A stretch of DNA of 64,000 bases, from assembly GCA_963817895.1 (NCBI GenBank), contig CAWFQB010000003.1:192001-256000 (forward strand), written 5' to 3'. The notes under the pieces were generated by a model. The model did no database searches, was not told where the DNA came from, and saw only the letters and a list, made by a program, of their open reading frames with translations. Made by a program: the position numbers and the translations under genes. Positions 29,736 to 40,329 of this stretch are shown piece by piece (within the stretch, counting starts at the first letter, position 1; every line of letters starts with the position of its first letter). The DNA comes from an uncultured Chthonomonadaceae bacterium. GTDB lineage: Bacteria > Armatimonadota > Chthonomonadetes > Chthonomonadales > Chthonomonadaceae.

Positions 29736-30587
29736 TTGGAATCTGCTGTGGACGTTTCGGAAGCGGAAAAACCTTTTTTGCTGATTACGCCGAGCAAAGG
29801 GTGGGCGGCCCTGAACCTGCGCGAGTTGTGGCAGTTCCGGGATTTGCTGACGACACTGGCGGGCCGGGACGTAAAGTTGCGCTACCGGCAAACGGCGTTA
29901 GGCGCAATATGGGTGATTTTGCAGCCTCTGATGGCGGCGGGCATCTTTTCGGTGGTGTTCGGCAAAGTCGCCAAGCTACCCAGTGACGGCTTACCCTATT
30001 TCCTGTTCGCGTATGCGGGGTTATTAGGCTGGAATATCTTCAGCAGCACGTTGGGCAAGGTGAGCGGATGTCTGGTGGGCAACGCGCATCTGGTTTCTAA
30101 AGTATTTTTTCCGCGCCTGGTGCTGCCGCTTTCGACGGTGTTTTCCACGCTGGTAGACTTCGGAGTCGCGCTGGCAATGCTGGCGGTACTGATGGCGGTG
30201 TACCATGTGGTTCCAGGCATCGGGCTGCTGCTGCTCCCCGTCTGGGTACTGCTGACGCTGCTGCTGGCGATGGGCATTGGCCTGTGCGCGTCGGCCCTGA
30301 TGGTGACGTACCGGGATGTACAATACGTGCTGCCGGTCGTGACGCAGTTTTTGCTGTATGGCAGTCCCGTCGCGTATGCGCTATCGGCGGTTCCGAAGGA
30401 TTGGAAGGCCATTTATTTGCTAAATCCGCTGTCCGTGTTGCTGGAAGGTTTTCGCTGGTCGCTGCTGAACCGGGGCGCGCTGAATATGGGGAGCGTGGCC
30501 TATGCGGCAACCATGTCTATTCTGGTGTTTACAGGCGGCGCGTTCGCGTTCAAGCGCATGGAGCGGAAGTTCGCGGATGTCATCTAA
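29736..30587 (+). CDS. wzm: ABC polysaccharide transporter permease
   Basis: RDVKLRYRQTALGAIWVILQPL; KVFFPRL; YRDV; MERKFADVI. Confidence 0.95.
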   Translation: MESAVDVSEAEKPFLLITPSKGWAALNLRELWQFRDLLTTLAGRDVKLRYRQTALGAIWVILQPLMAAGIFSVVFGKVAKLPSDGLPYFLFAYAGLLGWNIFSSTLGKVSGCLVGNAHLVSKVFFPRLVLPLSTVFSTLVDFGVALAMLAVLMAVYHVVPGIGLLLLPVWVLLTLLLAMGIGLCASALMVTYRDVQYVLPVVTQFLLYGSPVAYALSAVPKDWKAIYLLNPLSVLLEGFRWSLLNRGALNMGSVAYAATMSILVFTGGAFAFKRMERKFADVI

Positions 30588-31027
30588 TGTTCCGCCAGTT
30601 GAAAGCGCCCCTGAGATAGACGCGCGCTCTTTTGAGCCAGACGCTTTGACACATGCTGTTGTGCCTACGGGTACTCCACGACTTCATCTTGCGTTTTTGG
30701 ATGGTTTGCGCGGGTTGGCGGCATTGAGTATTGTGTGCTACCACATCTTTTTGGGAGAGCAGGCCGGAAATTTCCCCGGGTATTTCGGGCCGTCTTGAAC
30801 GTTACTCGTCTCGGACATTCAGCCTGTACTTGATTCATGCCCCCATATTGTACCTGGTGGGTATCGGGATGCTGCATCGGCAAGTGTCCGGCGTGGTTCA
30901 TGCGCTGATGGTATATGCGGTGGGAGTACCTGTTACCCTGGTAGTGGCGTACGGTTTTCATCTGCTCTTTGAGCGCCGATTTATGAACGGCGCGCCAAAG
31001 TCTGTTCGTCACAGCCAAGCGCATTGA
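30577..31027 (+). pseudogene. Internally deleted acyltransferase-3 gene
   Basis: N-terminal FLDGLRGLAAL joined within about 100 bp to C-terminal FSLYLIHAP...YGFHLLFERRFM in another frame. Confidence 0.8.
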
Positions 31028-32301
31028 GTAGAACTCTGCCGATGTTACCTGAACTCCCTGTACAATCTATTCAAGCCATGCTGCCCCTGGTTGAAGGAGA
31101 TACGGAACTTTCTCAGGCCGTTGTCGCCACCCCGGACGCTTTGCGCGAGGAGAACACGCAACCCGAAGAAGCAGGCAAGGAGTCCAACGCGCGCTATGTA
31201 CTGATTGACGCTTTGCGCGGTATCGCGGCGATAGGAGTCTTGCTGCACCACTTGCTGCATACTACAGTCATGGAGGGTCCGCTCAGTGTCGCGCTTCCGC
31301 AAGTTTTGCTGCGAACCTGCACGTATGGCGCGCATGGCGTTCAGATTTTCTTTGTTCTGAGCGGGTTTGTCATCGCGCACTCGTTGCGCAACAACGCGCT
31401 TTCCCGGGCGGCTATCAAAAACTTTATCCTGCGTCGCCAGATTCGCCTTGACCCGCCCTATTGGGCTACCATTATCTTTGTGTCAGGCATGTCTCGACTG
31501 GAAAAGGCGCTGCCCTCGTTGACAAGAACAGGTTCCTTCCATCCTGCCGAAGTTTTCCTGAACTTTGTCTATTTGCAAAACATAGCGGGTGTCAAACAGG
31601 TGGTTGGCGTTGCCTGGACGCTCTGCATTGAAGTGCAGTTTTACCTGATATTTATTCTGCTGTTGAAAATAGGCCAGAAGAAACTGAATGTGCCGACATC
31701 TGTGAAGATCGCAATGCCAACTGTCTGGCTGGTCTTTACGGTGGGTATTTGTTCGCTGGTTTTCAATCTTTGGACGGTGGCGCATCAGCCAATCACCGCA
31801 TGGTTTATCCAGTATTGGTTCAACTTCGCGGCAGGGGTGTTGTGTTACTGGTCTGTCAGGAGGGAAGTAAATCCCGCGTTTTTCACTGCTTTCCTGGCGC
31901 TGATTGCCCTGAGCATCATACCGGCGCATGTTGTCACAAGCGGCTATCATGGAACGGCGTTGCTGACGCATCAAAGTTTACCGGCGCTGATGGCAGGCGC
32001 ATTAACCGCGCTCGTTCTCTATGCGGCAGGCCGGAAGAACAAGCTGACGGTTTACGGCAGGAATTCCGTGCTGCAATATTTCGGCAGGGTTTCCTACAGC
32101 CTGTACCTTGTGCATTTAACGGTTGTTTCAGTTGTGCTGCGGGCGGGATATAAACTAACAGGAAATAATGCGTTGGCTGCGGTGTTCTGGTTTGCGCTTG
32201 CCGCCGCGTTGAGCATTGCCTGCGGACATTTGCTGCATAAATTTCTCGAAGCGCCAGGTATGCGGTTCGCGACAGGGCTGAAGCGGCAAGCTGTGGCTTG
32301 A
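31024..32301 (+). CDS. Acyltransferase-3 (OafA-like)
   Basis: IDALRGIA, GVQIFFVLSGF, AWTLCIEVQFY, SYSLYLVH. Confidence 0.92.
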   Translation: MSRTLPMLPELPVQSIQAMLPLVEGDTELSQAVVATPDALREENTQPEEAGKESNARYVLIDALRGIAAIGVLLHHLLHTTVMEGPLSVALPQVLLRTCTYGAHGVQIFFVLSGFVIAHSLRNNALSRAAIKNFILRRQIRLDPPYWATIIFVSGMSRLEKALPSLTRTGSFHPAEVFLNFVYLQNIAGVKQVVGVAWTLCIEVQFYLIFILLLKIGQKKLNVPTSVKIAMPTVWLVFTVGICSLVFNLWTVAHQPITAWFIQYWFNFAAGVLCYWSVRREVNPAFFTAFLALIALSIIPAHVVTSGYHGTALLTHQSLPALMAGALTALVLYAAGRKNKLTVYGRNSVLQYFGRVSYSLYLVHLTVVSVVLRAGYKLTGNNALAAVFWFALAAALSIACGHLLHKFLEAPGMRFATGLKRQAVA

Positions 32302-32319
32302 TTACGTTAAAAGTTCTTT

Positions 32320-32395
32320 CTATCGGTACTAGGGTTTGTGGGCAGCGCGTTCGACTTCGAGCGCATGGAGCGGAGGTTTGCCGATGTCGATCTGA
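32320..32395 (+). pseudogene. Diverged orphan copy of the wzm 3' end
   Basis: Encodes LSVLGFVGSAFDFERMERRFADV vs wzm MSILVFTGGAFAFKRMERKFADVI. Confidence 0.85.
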
Positions 32396-32432
32396 AGCTT
32401 CCGCTGCGGACCGAGAAAGCGCCAAACAAGGT

Positions 32433-33533
32433 ATGCCGCAACGCTTGGAGTATATTGACAGCGTACGCGCGTTGGCTGCTCTATGGGTTGCCACATCACA
32501 TTACCTGGCAAGGCCTGACACCCTGATGTGGCCCGGACTGCGAAACGTCCTGTTCAAGATATTGTATTTCAATCATGTCGCGGTCATGATTTTCCTTGTT
32601 GTCAGTGGGTTCTGTTTGTATTACCCACTCTGCTTGAAATCACCTTCAGACCCTCGCATGCGCGTGAGTTATAGCGAGTTTATGAAGAAGCGGGCAATGC
32701 GTATCTTCCCGCCTTATCTTGTGGCTATCGGTCTGAGTCTTGTGTTGACGCTATTTATGCCAGGTATGGAGTTATTAAGCAGAACTCCCGATGGACAACA
32801 CCCTCTTCCTGTCAGTTGGGCGGGGATCATCAGCCATCTGTTTCTGGTACATAATCTTAGTCCTGCATGGTTTGCTGCCATTAACTACCCTGTTTGGACG
32901 ATTGGTTTGGAGTGGCAGCTTTATTTGTTGTTTCCGCTGATCGTATTTTTGTTTCGTAAATCTATGCCTGGCGTGTTGGCCGCCTCGTTTGCTGTTGCCT
33001 TCTTGATTTATGTTGTTACGCGAAAATCAAGCCATATCTGGACATTTGCGTTGTACAATGGGCCTTTGTATTACATTTTTGTTTTTTCGGCTGGCATGTG
33101 CGCGGCCAGGGTAATCGCTGAACGCAATTTTCCACTTTCTATGGCGGCAAACAAATTTTTGCGCTGGATATTGTGGTTCGTCTGTATAGCAGCCGTCATC
33201 GTGGTTTACAGAGGCAGTGGTGGCAGCCTCGGTCGAAATTGTTCAAGCGCCGTCGGCAGCGCCTGTCTTCTTATACTGGCTGCGGACTCTTCATCATGGC
33301 TGCACCGTCTGTTGAGCCACCGATACCTGAGTCGTCTCGGCGCTTTTTCATACAGCTTTTATTTGATTCATGCGCCGGTTCTCACCCTGGTAAATGCAAT
33401 CTTTAGCAGCCTGCATCTAAAGCCTGACACGTCTTTTATGGGATTTTTCATCGTTGGGCTGCCGACGTTGATACTAACTTCCTATTGTTTTCATTTGGCC
33501 TTTGAGAAACCCTTCATGTCGAAAAATCGTTGA
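32433..33533 (+). CDS. Acyltransferase-3
   Basis: YIDSVRALA, AVMIFLVVSGFCL, WTIGLEWQLY, SYSFYLIH. Confidence 0.9.
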   Translation: MPQRLEYIDSVRALAALWVATSHYLARPDTLMWPGLRNVLFKILYFNHVAVMIFLVVSGFCLYYPLCLKSPSDPRMRVSYSEFMKKRAMRIFPPYLVAIGLSLVLTLFMPGMELLSRTPDGQHPLPVSWAGIISHLFLVHNLSPAWFAAINYPVWTIGLEWQLYLLFPLIVFLFRKSMPGVLAASFAVAFLIYVVTRKSSHIWTFALYNGPLYYIFVFSAGMCAARVIAERNFPLSMAANKFLRWILWFVCIAAVIVVYRGSGGSLGRNCSSAVGSACLLILAADSSSWLHRLLSHRYLSRLGAFSYSFYLIHAPVLTLVNAIFSSLHLKPDTSFMGFFIVGLPTLILTSYCFHLAFEKPFMSKNR

Positions 33534-33611
33534 TAGGTCACTGCGGGAGCCATGGCCCACCCCGCATTGTAGCCCGAAAGTAACGTAGATTGGAAGTAAG
33601 GAAGTGGGTGT

Positions 33612-34916
33612 ATGTCCTCGAATGATATTGCCGTGTCAGTCCGCGGCCTGAGCAAATCCTATACCATCGCTCACAATGCGGAAAAGCATACCCGCCTTAC
33701 AGAAGCTATCATGCACCGCCTGAAGCATCCGATACAGCGGCAGGAGAAAGAGACGTTCTGGGCGCTCAAAGATGTAGAGTTCAACATCAAGAAGGGCAAT
33801 GTGGTCGGCATTATCGGGCGTAACGGCGCGGGTAAATCCACGCTGCTCAAAATCCTGAGCCGTATCACGGAGCCAACAACGGGAAGCATTGCCCTGTACG
33901 GGCGCGTGGGTAGCCTGCTGGAAGTGGGCACGGGCTTTCACCCTGAACTGACAGGCCGCGAGAACATTTTTCTCAACGGCGCAATTTTGGGGATGAGCAA
34001 GAGTGAAATAGCCCGCCATTTTGATGCGATTGTTAATTTTGCGGAAATTGAGAACTTTTTGGATACGCCGGTAAAGCGGTATTCGAGCGGCATGTATGTC
34101 CGGCTTGCCTTTGCGGTCGCAGCTCATCTAAACCCGGAAATTCTTGTTGTGGATGAGGTACTGGCTGTTGGAGATGCACAGTTTCAGAAGAAGTGTCTGG
34201 GGAAAATGGAGGAGGTAGGCGCGAGCGGACGCACGGTGCTTTTTGTCTCACACTCGATGCCAATGGTCTTGCGCTTATGTTCTCAAGCTATACTTCTGGA
34301 AAGTGGTCGCTTCTCTCTGCAAGGCAGCCCGCATGAGGTTGCGGCGCACTATATCTCGGCAGGTGGAACGCGTTCCGAAGCTGTTTACACCAGCCAATCG
34401 AAGTTGCCCGGCGATGAGGTAGCCTGCTTGCAGTCTGTACGGGTTTATGACAGCTCAGGACAGGTCGGAGATACGTTTGATGTCCGACAGTCTGTGTTCG
34501 TGGAAGTAATCTACAAAAATTTACAGTCCGAATTACGGCCGACGGTCGTTTTGCGGTTTACAAACGAAACAGGTGTCTGTCTGTTTCTGACTACAGATTA
34601 CAACAATCTTGTCTGGTGGAACACACCACGCCGCCCCGGTTCAGTCAAATCTATCTGCTGCATCCCTGGAAATTTTCTTGCAGAGGGGCAGGTATTTGTT
34701 CAAGTAGAAATTGGAACCCACAATCCCACCAGAATTCATGTCAAGGTCCAAGACGCCATCTCCTTTCAAGTGGTTGATCATAGCAATGGAGATGGCGTTC
34801 GTGGAGAATATGTCGGAGAATGGCCCGGGGTAGTTCGCCCCATGTTGAAATGGCAAGTGTCATTGCAGGACGAGGTACAGGCCACTAACGGAGAATTGAC
34901 GCACTATGGAAAATAG
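33612..34916 (+). CDS. wzt: ABC polysaccharide transporter ATPase with C-terminal Wzt_C-like domain
   Basis: GRNGAGKST, YSSGM, LVVDEVLAVGD; about 180-aa beta-rich tail. Confidence 0.95.
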   Translation: MSSNDIAVSVRGLSKSYTIAHNAEKHTRLTEAIMHRLKHPIQRQEKETFWALKDVEFNIKKGNVVGIIGRNGAGKSTLLKILSRITEPTTGSIALYGRVGSLLEVGTGFHPELTGRENIFLNGAILGMSKSEIARHFDAIVNFAEIENFLDTPVKRYSSGMYVRLAFAVAAHLNPEILVVDEVLAVGDAQFQKKCLGKMEEVGASGRTVLFVSHSMPMVLRLCSQAILLESGRFSLQGSPHEVAAHYISAGGTRSEAVYTSQSKLPGDEVACLQSVRVYDSSGQVGDTFDVRQSVFVEVIYKNLQSELRPTVVLRFTNETGVCLFLTTDYNNLVWWNTPRRPGSVKSICCIPGNFLAEGQVFVQVEIGTHNPTRIHVKVQDAISFQVVDHSNGDGVRGEYVGEWPGVVRPMLKWQVSLQDEVQATNGELTHYGK

Positions 34917-35715
34917 CCGTGAATTATATCTTGATCTTATGAAGCGTTGCTTGACGAACGCGATTTACGGCGAAGACGAGTACGCCACTGTGGAGCCGAC
35001 AGGCGCACTGAAGCGAACGCTTGCTAATACGCTGCAAACTCGTGGCGTAAGTTTAATGCGTCCCAAGCCATACAACCCCCAGTTGCGTACTGAGGGACGC
35101 GATTGGCCTCCTTACGCGCATACAATGATCGGTCACAAGCGATTGGATAACATCCAGTATTGTATTGAGCAGGCGCTTAAGGAGGGTGTTTCGGGCGACA
35201 TGATTGAAACCGGTGTCTGGCGGGGCGGCGGCTCAATTTTCATGCGCGCGGTCTTAAAAGCCTACGCTGTTTCGGATCGAATGATCTGGGTAGCTGACTC
35301 CTTTGAGGGCTTGCCAAAGCCTAACGAAAAGGAGTACCCCAGTGACGATGGGGACATTCATCATACTTACAAAGAACTTGTCGTTCCTATTGAGCGCGTT
35401 CAAGCCAATTTTGCCAAATATGGATTATTGGATGAGCAAGTGCGTTTTCTCAAAGGCTGGTTCTGCGAAACGCTGCCCACGGCTCCCATTAGCCAACTGG
35501 CAGTTATGCGACTGGATGGAGACATGTATGCCTCGACAATGGACGCGCTCATCAGCCTTTATGACAAACTATCTGTTGGAGGCTTTGTAATTGTGGATGA
35601 CTGGTCGCTGGCTCCTTGCCGTCAGGCGGTGCATGATTTCCGAGCAAAACATAGTATTACGGATGAGATCGTCGAAATAGACTGGACAGGCGTGTACTGG
35701 CGCAGGAGTCGCTGA
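34906..35715 (+). CDS. TylF/MycF/NovP family O-methyltransferase
   Basis: IETGVWRGG, ADSFEGLP, KGWFCETLP, RLDGDMYAST. Confidence 0.93.
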   Translation: MENSRELYLDLMKRCLTNAIYGEDEYATVEPTGALKRTLANTLQTRGVSLMRPKPYNPQLRTEGRDWPPYAHTMIGHKRLDNIQYCIEQALKEGVSGDMIETGVWRGGGSIFMRAVLKAYAVSDRMIWVADSFEGLPKPNEKEYPSDDGDIHHTYKELVVPIERVQANFAKYGLLDEQVRFLKGWFCETLPTAPISQLAVMRLDGDMYASTMDALISLYDKLSVGGFVIVDDWSLAPCRQAVHDFRAKHSITDEIVEIDWTGVYWRRSR

Positions 35716-35758
35716 TCAAGTCAACGACTGTCTCACCTGACTGGAGACCAAGCGGAAT

Positions 35759-36526
35759 ATGTCTAAAACGACGATATCTGATGATTTGGCGCGTGGACTA
35801 CTCACACAAACGTTAGATCCCTTGCGCTATAGTGGACATTCCCATGATCGCTATGGCGGTCAGACTAACGACCCGTATGAGTCCACAGGGATTATTCTGA
35901 ATATGGTGCCAACGGGTTCGCGGGTTCTTGATGTAGGATGTGGAACAGGAAGTGTCCTCGCATGGATCGAGGATCAATGCAAGGCTCAGGTCATCGGTCT
36001 GGAACCACATCCGGAGCGCGCTCAAAAAGCCAGGGAGCGAGGCCTGAACGTTCTTACTGCCGGCCTCTCTGATGACATCGTGGCGGATCTGGGTTTGTTC
36101 GATGTTGTGGTATTCGCAGACGTGCTGGAACACCTTCCCAATCCATTTTCTCTGTTGGAAGCAGCGCATAAATTCTTGCATAAAACGGGGCGCATCATCG
36201 TTTCCGTACCCAATGTCGCCCACTGGACAGTTCGGGGCCAATTATTGCGTGGAAACTTTGATTATAAAGAGACTGGCATTATGGATGCGACACATCTGCG
36301 GTGGTTCACAGCACAGACAATACAGCAGCTCATTGAGCAGGCTGGTTATAACATCCAGCAACAGACCGTATCCGCTGGAACATGGCTTCCTGTGTACTAC
36401 GCAAAGCGTCCATTTAGGTGGTTATCTGACACCCGCAGAAAGAAGTTCATCGTCAATGCCGCTCACAAATGGCCTACTCTGTTCGGGTGTCAGCATATTA
36501 TACAAGCTACGCGATCTTTGTCGTAA
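35759..36526 (+). CDS. Class I SAM methyltransferase
   Basis: VLDVGCGTG, FADVLEHL, VSVPNVAHW, GIMDATHLRWFT. Confidence 0.9.
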   Translation: MSKTTISDDLARGLLTQTLDPLRYSGHSHDRYGGQTNDPYESTGIILNMVPTGSRVLDVGCGTGSVLAWIEDQCKAQVIGLEPHPERAQKARERGLNVLTAGLSDDIVADLGLFDVVVFADVLEHLPNPFSLLEAAHKFLHKTGRIIVSVPNVAHWTVRGQLLRGNFDYKETGIMDATHLRWFTAQTIQQLIEQAGYNIQQQTVSAGTWLPVYYAKRPFRWLSDTRRKKFIVNAAHKWPTLFGCQHIIQATRSLS

Positions 36527-36641
36527 GCCGAATGGTTGCCTTTGCAAACAGGGCATGGATAAGAACACAACGTATCGTGTCCTGAGCGTGTTACGTTGTT
36601 TTTGCGGTTCCTGAAGTTAGGAAGCGCCCCAGGAGCAAACT

Positions 36642-37367
36642 ATGATTCCAGTAGCTGCAAAAAATGCTGTATTGAAGGAACTGCTGGACACAAGGACTTC
36701 TTACTCTACAACTGGCAATCAAGTAGAAATGCACTCCTATTTGATACCTGAATATACTGAGGCTCTGTACCAAACCGTTCTGCAAGCGAATCCAAAATTA
36801 GTTGTGGAAGTGGGCATGGCGTTCGGCATTTCTTCCCTTGCCATTCTGACGGCGCTTGAAGAATGTGGTGGGGAAGGACGCTTGATTTCCATTGATCCCT
36901 ATCAGTTGACGGACTGGCAGGGATGCGGCGTAACTTCCCTGCGGCGAGCGGGGCTACAGGACAGGCATGAACTCATTGCGAAGTTTGATTACATTGCGCT
37001 TCCTCAATTGCTGGAGCAGGAAACGCGAATTGATTTTGCCTACATTGACGGCTGGCATACCTTCGATTACACACTGTTAGACTTTTGGTATTTTGACAAG
37101 ATGCTTCCGGCAGGAGCAATGGTAGCCTTCAATGATTGTAGTTACAAGGCGGTGCAAAGAGTGCTGCGGTTTGTGCAAACCCATCGCAAATATGAAGAAG
37201 TGGATGTCGGACTCGCGCCATTTCACGTTGGGCGCTCCCGGAAACAAGAGGTAAAGCGGCGCCTTATGGGGCAGTCGCTTACAGCATACTATGATCTGGG
37301 ACAAGACCGTTATTTCCGCAAAACCGAAGAATGGGAGCCTGCCTGGGATTTTTACGCCGAGTTTTAG
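36642..37367 (+). CDS. Class I SAM methyltransferase (Methyltransf_24-like)
   Basis: VEVGMAFGISS, SIDP, YIDGWHTFDYTLLDF. Confidence 0.88.
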   Translation: MIPVAAKNAVLKELLDTRTSYSTTGNQVEMHSYLIPEYTEALYQTVLQANPKLVVEVGMAFGISSLAILTALEECGGEGRLISIDPYQLTDWQGCGVTSLRRAGLQDRHELIAKFDYIALPQLLEQETRIDFAYIDGWHTFDYTLLDFWYFDKMLPAGAMVAFNDCSYKAVQRVLRFVQTHRKYEEVDVGLAPFHVGRSRKQEVKRRLMGQSLTAYYDLGQDRYFRKTEEWEPAWDFYAEF

Positions 37368-37454
37368 CGGGGTTGCTTTCGCCGCCGCAGGGCAAGGCGC
37401 AACCAAGCGCAGCAATTTGCTGACTTGTAAGCGGTAGGCAGGGGGCCGTCGTAA

Positions 37455-38378
37455 ATGAATTCGCCTATGTGCCAGGTCAGCGTCATCATACCCACATACA
37501 GGCATCAGGAATATGTGCTGCGAACGTTGGAAGCAGTGTTTGCGCAAACATTTATGGATTACGAGGTAATCGTCATCAACGACGGTTCACCTGATGACAC
37601 GACAGAAGCGCTGCGCCCGTTAATTGAAACGGGCCGTATCCGCTACATTGAGCAACCTAATGCCGGACAAGCCGCCGCTCGCAACAGGGGACTTGTCGAA
37701 GCGCGGGGTAAGTACATCGCCTTTCTCGATGACGATGATTTATGGCTGTCCGACAAGCTACAATGGCAGGTGGAAGCTCTAAACGCGGCTCCCGATGCGG
37801 TTCTCGCGTATGGCTACTGGCAGGATTTCACGACGGAACCCCTGCCCGATGTGGAAGAGCATCCGTTTTTTCGGCCCACTGGCGACGTACACGCGGAGTT
37901 TACCCGGCGCAACCACCTTATTTCGCCTGGACAGGCGCTGATACGCGCGGATGCTCTCCGGGGCATTGGCGGCTTCGACGAGACGCTGTGGGGCGTGGAC
38001 GATTGGGACTTATATATTCGCCTGTCTGCTTGCGGCGAATTCGTATATCATAAGCGACTGGCGCTGTACTATCGCAATCACGCTGCCAACGCTTCCAAAG
38101 ACAGTTGGCGCATGTACGGCAATGCGCGGCGTATGTGGCGCAAGCATTTCGGCATGCTTCCCGCGCCCGCTCAGATGCGTAATTGGTGGCAGATGCGGCG
38201 CTCTATCAATGAAATGTACTTCGATGGTTGCGCGGCGATGGCGCAGCGGCTGATGGCGGAAGGAAAGCGGCAGCAGGCGTGGCAGATATGGCGGGCCATT
38301 TTGACAACCCGCCCCGGCGCATTGCGGCGTTCCAACGTGCGCCGCAGCGTGACGCGCTGCTTTCTGTCACACGGTTGA
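37455..38378 (+). CDS. GT2 glycosyltransferase
   Basis: VSVIIPTY, NDGSPD, AFLDDDD, DWDL. Confidence 0.93.
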   Translation: MNSPMCQVSVIIPTYRHQEYVLRTLEAVFAQTFMDYEVIVINDGSPDDTTEALRPLIETGRIRYIEQPNAGQAAARNRGLVEARGKYIAFLDDDDLWLSDKLQWQVEALNAAPDAVLAYGYWQDFTTEPLPDVEEHPFFRPTGDVHAEFTRRNHLISPGQALIRADALRGIGGFDETLWGVDDWDLYIRLSACGEFVYHKRLALYYRNHAANASKDSWRMYGNARRMWRKHFGMLPAPAQMRNWWQMRRSINEMYFDGCAAMAQRLMAEGKRQQAWQIWRAILTTRPGALRRSNVRRSVTRCFLSHG

Positions 38379-38544
38379 ATTCTGCATTTGAGGCGCTGCC
38401 ACATACCGCAAAACTATGTGTCGGCAAGTTAGAAGGCAAATAGATCGCTTTCATAAGTTTGTTGCGTGAAATAAGCCTCGCTTCGCTTGCAAGGGCTTAT
38501 GAAAGAGGTCTCATGTTAAAACAGGTTGTCCGGGGAAGACTAAG

Positions 38545-39285
38545 TTGAAACACCATCTATCCGCATTACTCAAGCGCACTGTGCTGGGAAAAGCGATGCT
38601 GGATTATCTGCCACATAAGTGTGATCTTTACAACGGCCAATCTGTCCTCCTGCCCTGGCGATCTTACCGGATGTTTTACGAATGGAAGCGCTATCCCCAC
38701 CTGGCAAAAGAGTCCCGGGAAGCGTTCGACGCTTACAATGGCGGCGACCTCCTTGACATTGGAGCGTTTCATGGCTGGTACTCCTGGCTGCTTGCGCCCA
38801 AAGCGCGCGATGGGGATATACTCGCGTCCTTCGAGCCGGACCAAAAGGCGTATCCATCATTGATGTTCAATCTGTCTTTTCTGGCACAGCAGTTTCCTGA
38901 ATTGCGGATTTTACCGTCGTCTCTCCCCGTAGGTAATGGCGCGGGCATCGAAGTGTCCTTTCCGTATGGTCCGACCGGGCATCCCCGATTTTCCTGCGCG
39001 GCAGGAGGAGACGGCGGGACATTGCGGATGGATGATTTTGTAGAAAACAATGCGTTAGCCCCGAAGTTCGTGAAAATTGATGTAGAAGGCGCAGAGTTTT
39101 TTGTTTTGGAAGGAATGCGCCAAACGCTGGAACGTCATCATCCACAAATTATGCTGGAAACACACCCGCAATGGCAGCCGGACGGCATCAAGGTGGAACA
39201 TATCCATACCCTCCTGACTGGTTACGGGTATACGAGCAGCGACCTGGATGTTTCCGAGATTGCAATACGTCAACTCTGGAAGTGA
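38545..39285 (+). CDS. FkbM family methyltransferase
   Basis: LDIGAFHG, FEP, VKIDVEGAEFFVLEG. Confidence 0.9.
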   Translation: MKHHLSALLKRTVLGKAMLDYLPHKCDLYNGQSVLLPWRSYRMFYEWKRYPHLAKESREAFDAYNGGDLLDIGAFHGWYSWLLAPKARDGDILASFEPDQKAYPSLMFNLSFLAQQFPELRILPSSLPVGNGAGIEVSFPYGPTGHPRFSCAAGGDGGTLRMDDFVENNALAPKFVKIDVEGAEFFVLEGMRQTLERHHPQIMLETHPQWQPDGIKVEHIHTLLTGYGYTSSDLDVSEIAIRQLWK

Positions 39286-39306
39286 AGAAACAAGAGGCAA
39301 TCTCTG

Positions 39307-40254
39307 GTGAAACCAAACGTTTCCATTATCATTTGTACGCGCAATCGCGCCGCCGATCTGCGCAAAACGCTACAAGACTTTGCGCAACTGGATGTGTCGG
39401 AAACGCTGTATTCTGAGCTGATTGTGGTTGACAACGCTTCTACAGATGACACGAAACAGGTAGCCTGCGCATCAGACCTGCGGAATATGCCGGTACGCTG
39501 GATTTATGAAGCGCGTCCGGGGAAAAGTTACGCGCTCAACACGGGCCTGATGGCGGCTCAGGGCAATGTCATCTTGTTCACGGATGATGACGTGCGCCCG
39601 CCACAGGACTGGATCGCCGGAATGTGCCGGCCCTTTATTTCCAATGAGGCGCAGGTTGTTGCCGGACGCATAGAAATTGCGCCGCATCTTCAGCGCGCGT
39701 GGATGAAGTCAATTCACCGCATGTGGCTTGCCTCGACAGAACTTGACGCGAGTCAGCCTCAGCCTCTTACCGCAGGGGCTAATCTGGGCTTCTTGCGAGA
39801 GGTCTTGAGCAAGGTTCCAGCCTTCGATACGGAACTTGGCCCCGGCGCGCTCGGTTTCGGAGAAGAGGTTTTGTTTCAAAGACAATTACATCAGTGCGGC
39901 TATCATGCTGTCGCGTTGCCGCATGTCGCTGTCGAACACCATTTTCATCCAGACCGACTTGGCAGGCGCAGTTTTCTTAGCGCAGCCGCCAAACATGGCC
40001 GAACCGCCGCGTATATCGCGTATCACTGGGAGCATCATCCGGTCGCCAATCCGCGCCTTCAGGCTTTGAAGTGCCGTCTACGGGTACACAGCAATCGCCT
40101 GAAATACCGGCGCGAGTGTCGAGAGTCCGAGGGGATGCCTGAATGGGAGATGCTCAAATTACAGGGCGCGTCTTTCTATCAGCATTTTTATGAGGAAAGC
40201 AAGCGCCCGCGCAATTACGAGAAGTTCGGCCTGGTGAAGCGGATATATGCCTGA
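39307..40254 (+). CDS. GT2 glycosyltransferase
   Basis: SIIICTRNR, VDNASTD, FTDDD. Confidence 0.92.
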   Translation: MKPNVSIIICTRNRAADLRKTLQDFAQLDVSETLYSELIVVDNASTDDTKQVACASDLRNMPVRWIYEARPGKSYALNTGLMAAQGNVILFTDDDVRPPQDWIAGMCRPFISNEAQVVAGRIEIAPHLQRAWMKSIHRMWLASTELDASQPQPLTAGANLGFLREVLSKVPAFDTELGPGALGFGEEVLFQRQLHQCGYHAVALPHVAVEHHFHPDRLGRRSFLSAAAKHGRTAAYIAYHWEHHPVANPRLQALKCRLRVHSNRLKYRRECRESEGMPEWEMLKLQGASFYQHFYEESKRPRNYEKFGLVKRIYA

Positions 40255-40329
40255 CGATCCACCGGGTCAGTCTTCACCGGTTCCCGCCTTCCTGCAATAT
40301 TGTTTTCGCGGAAAAGAAATATCATCCGT

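Noticed and set aside
32298..32432. N-terminal extension of the acyltransferase ORF
   Set aside because: It is the wzm-tail remnant read in another frame; likely start is ATG 32433.
37430..37442. ops/JUMPstart element (AGCGGTAGGCAG)
   Set aside because: Only a partial match to GGCGGTAGnnTG and located mid-operon.
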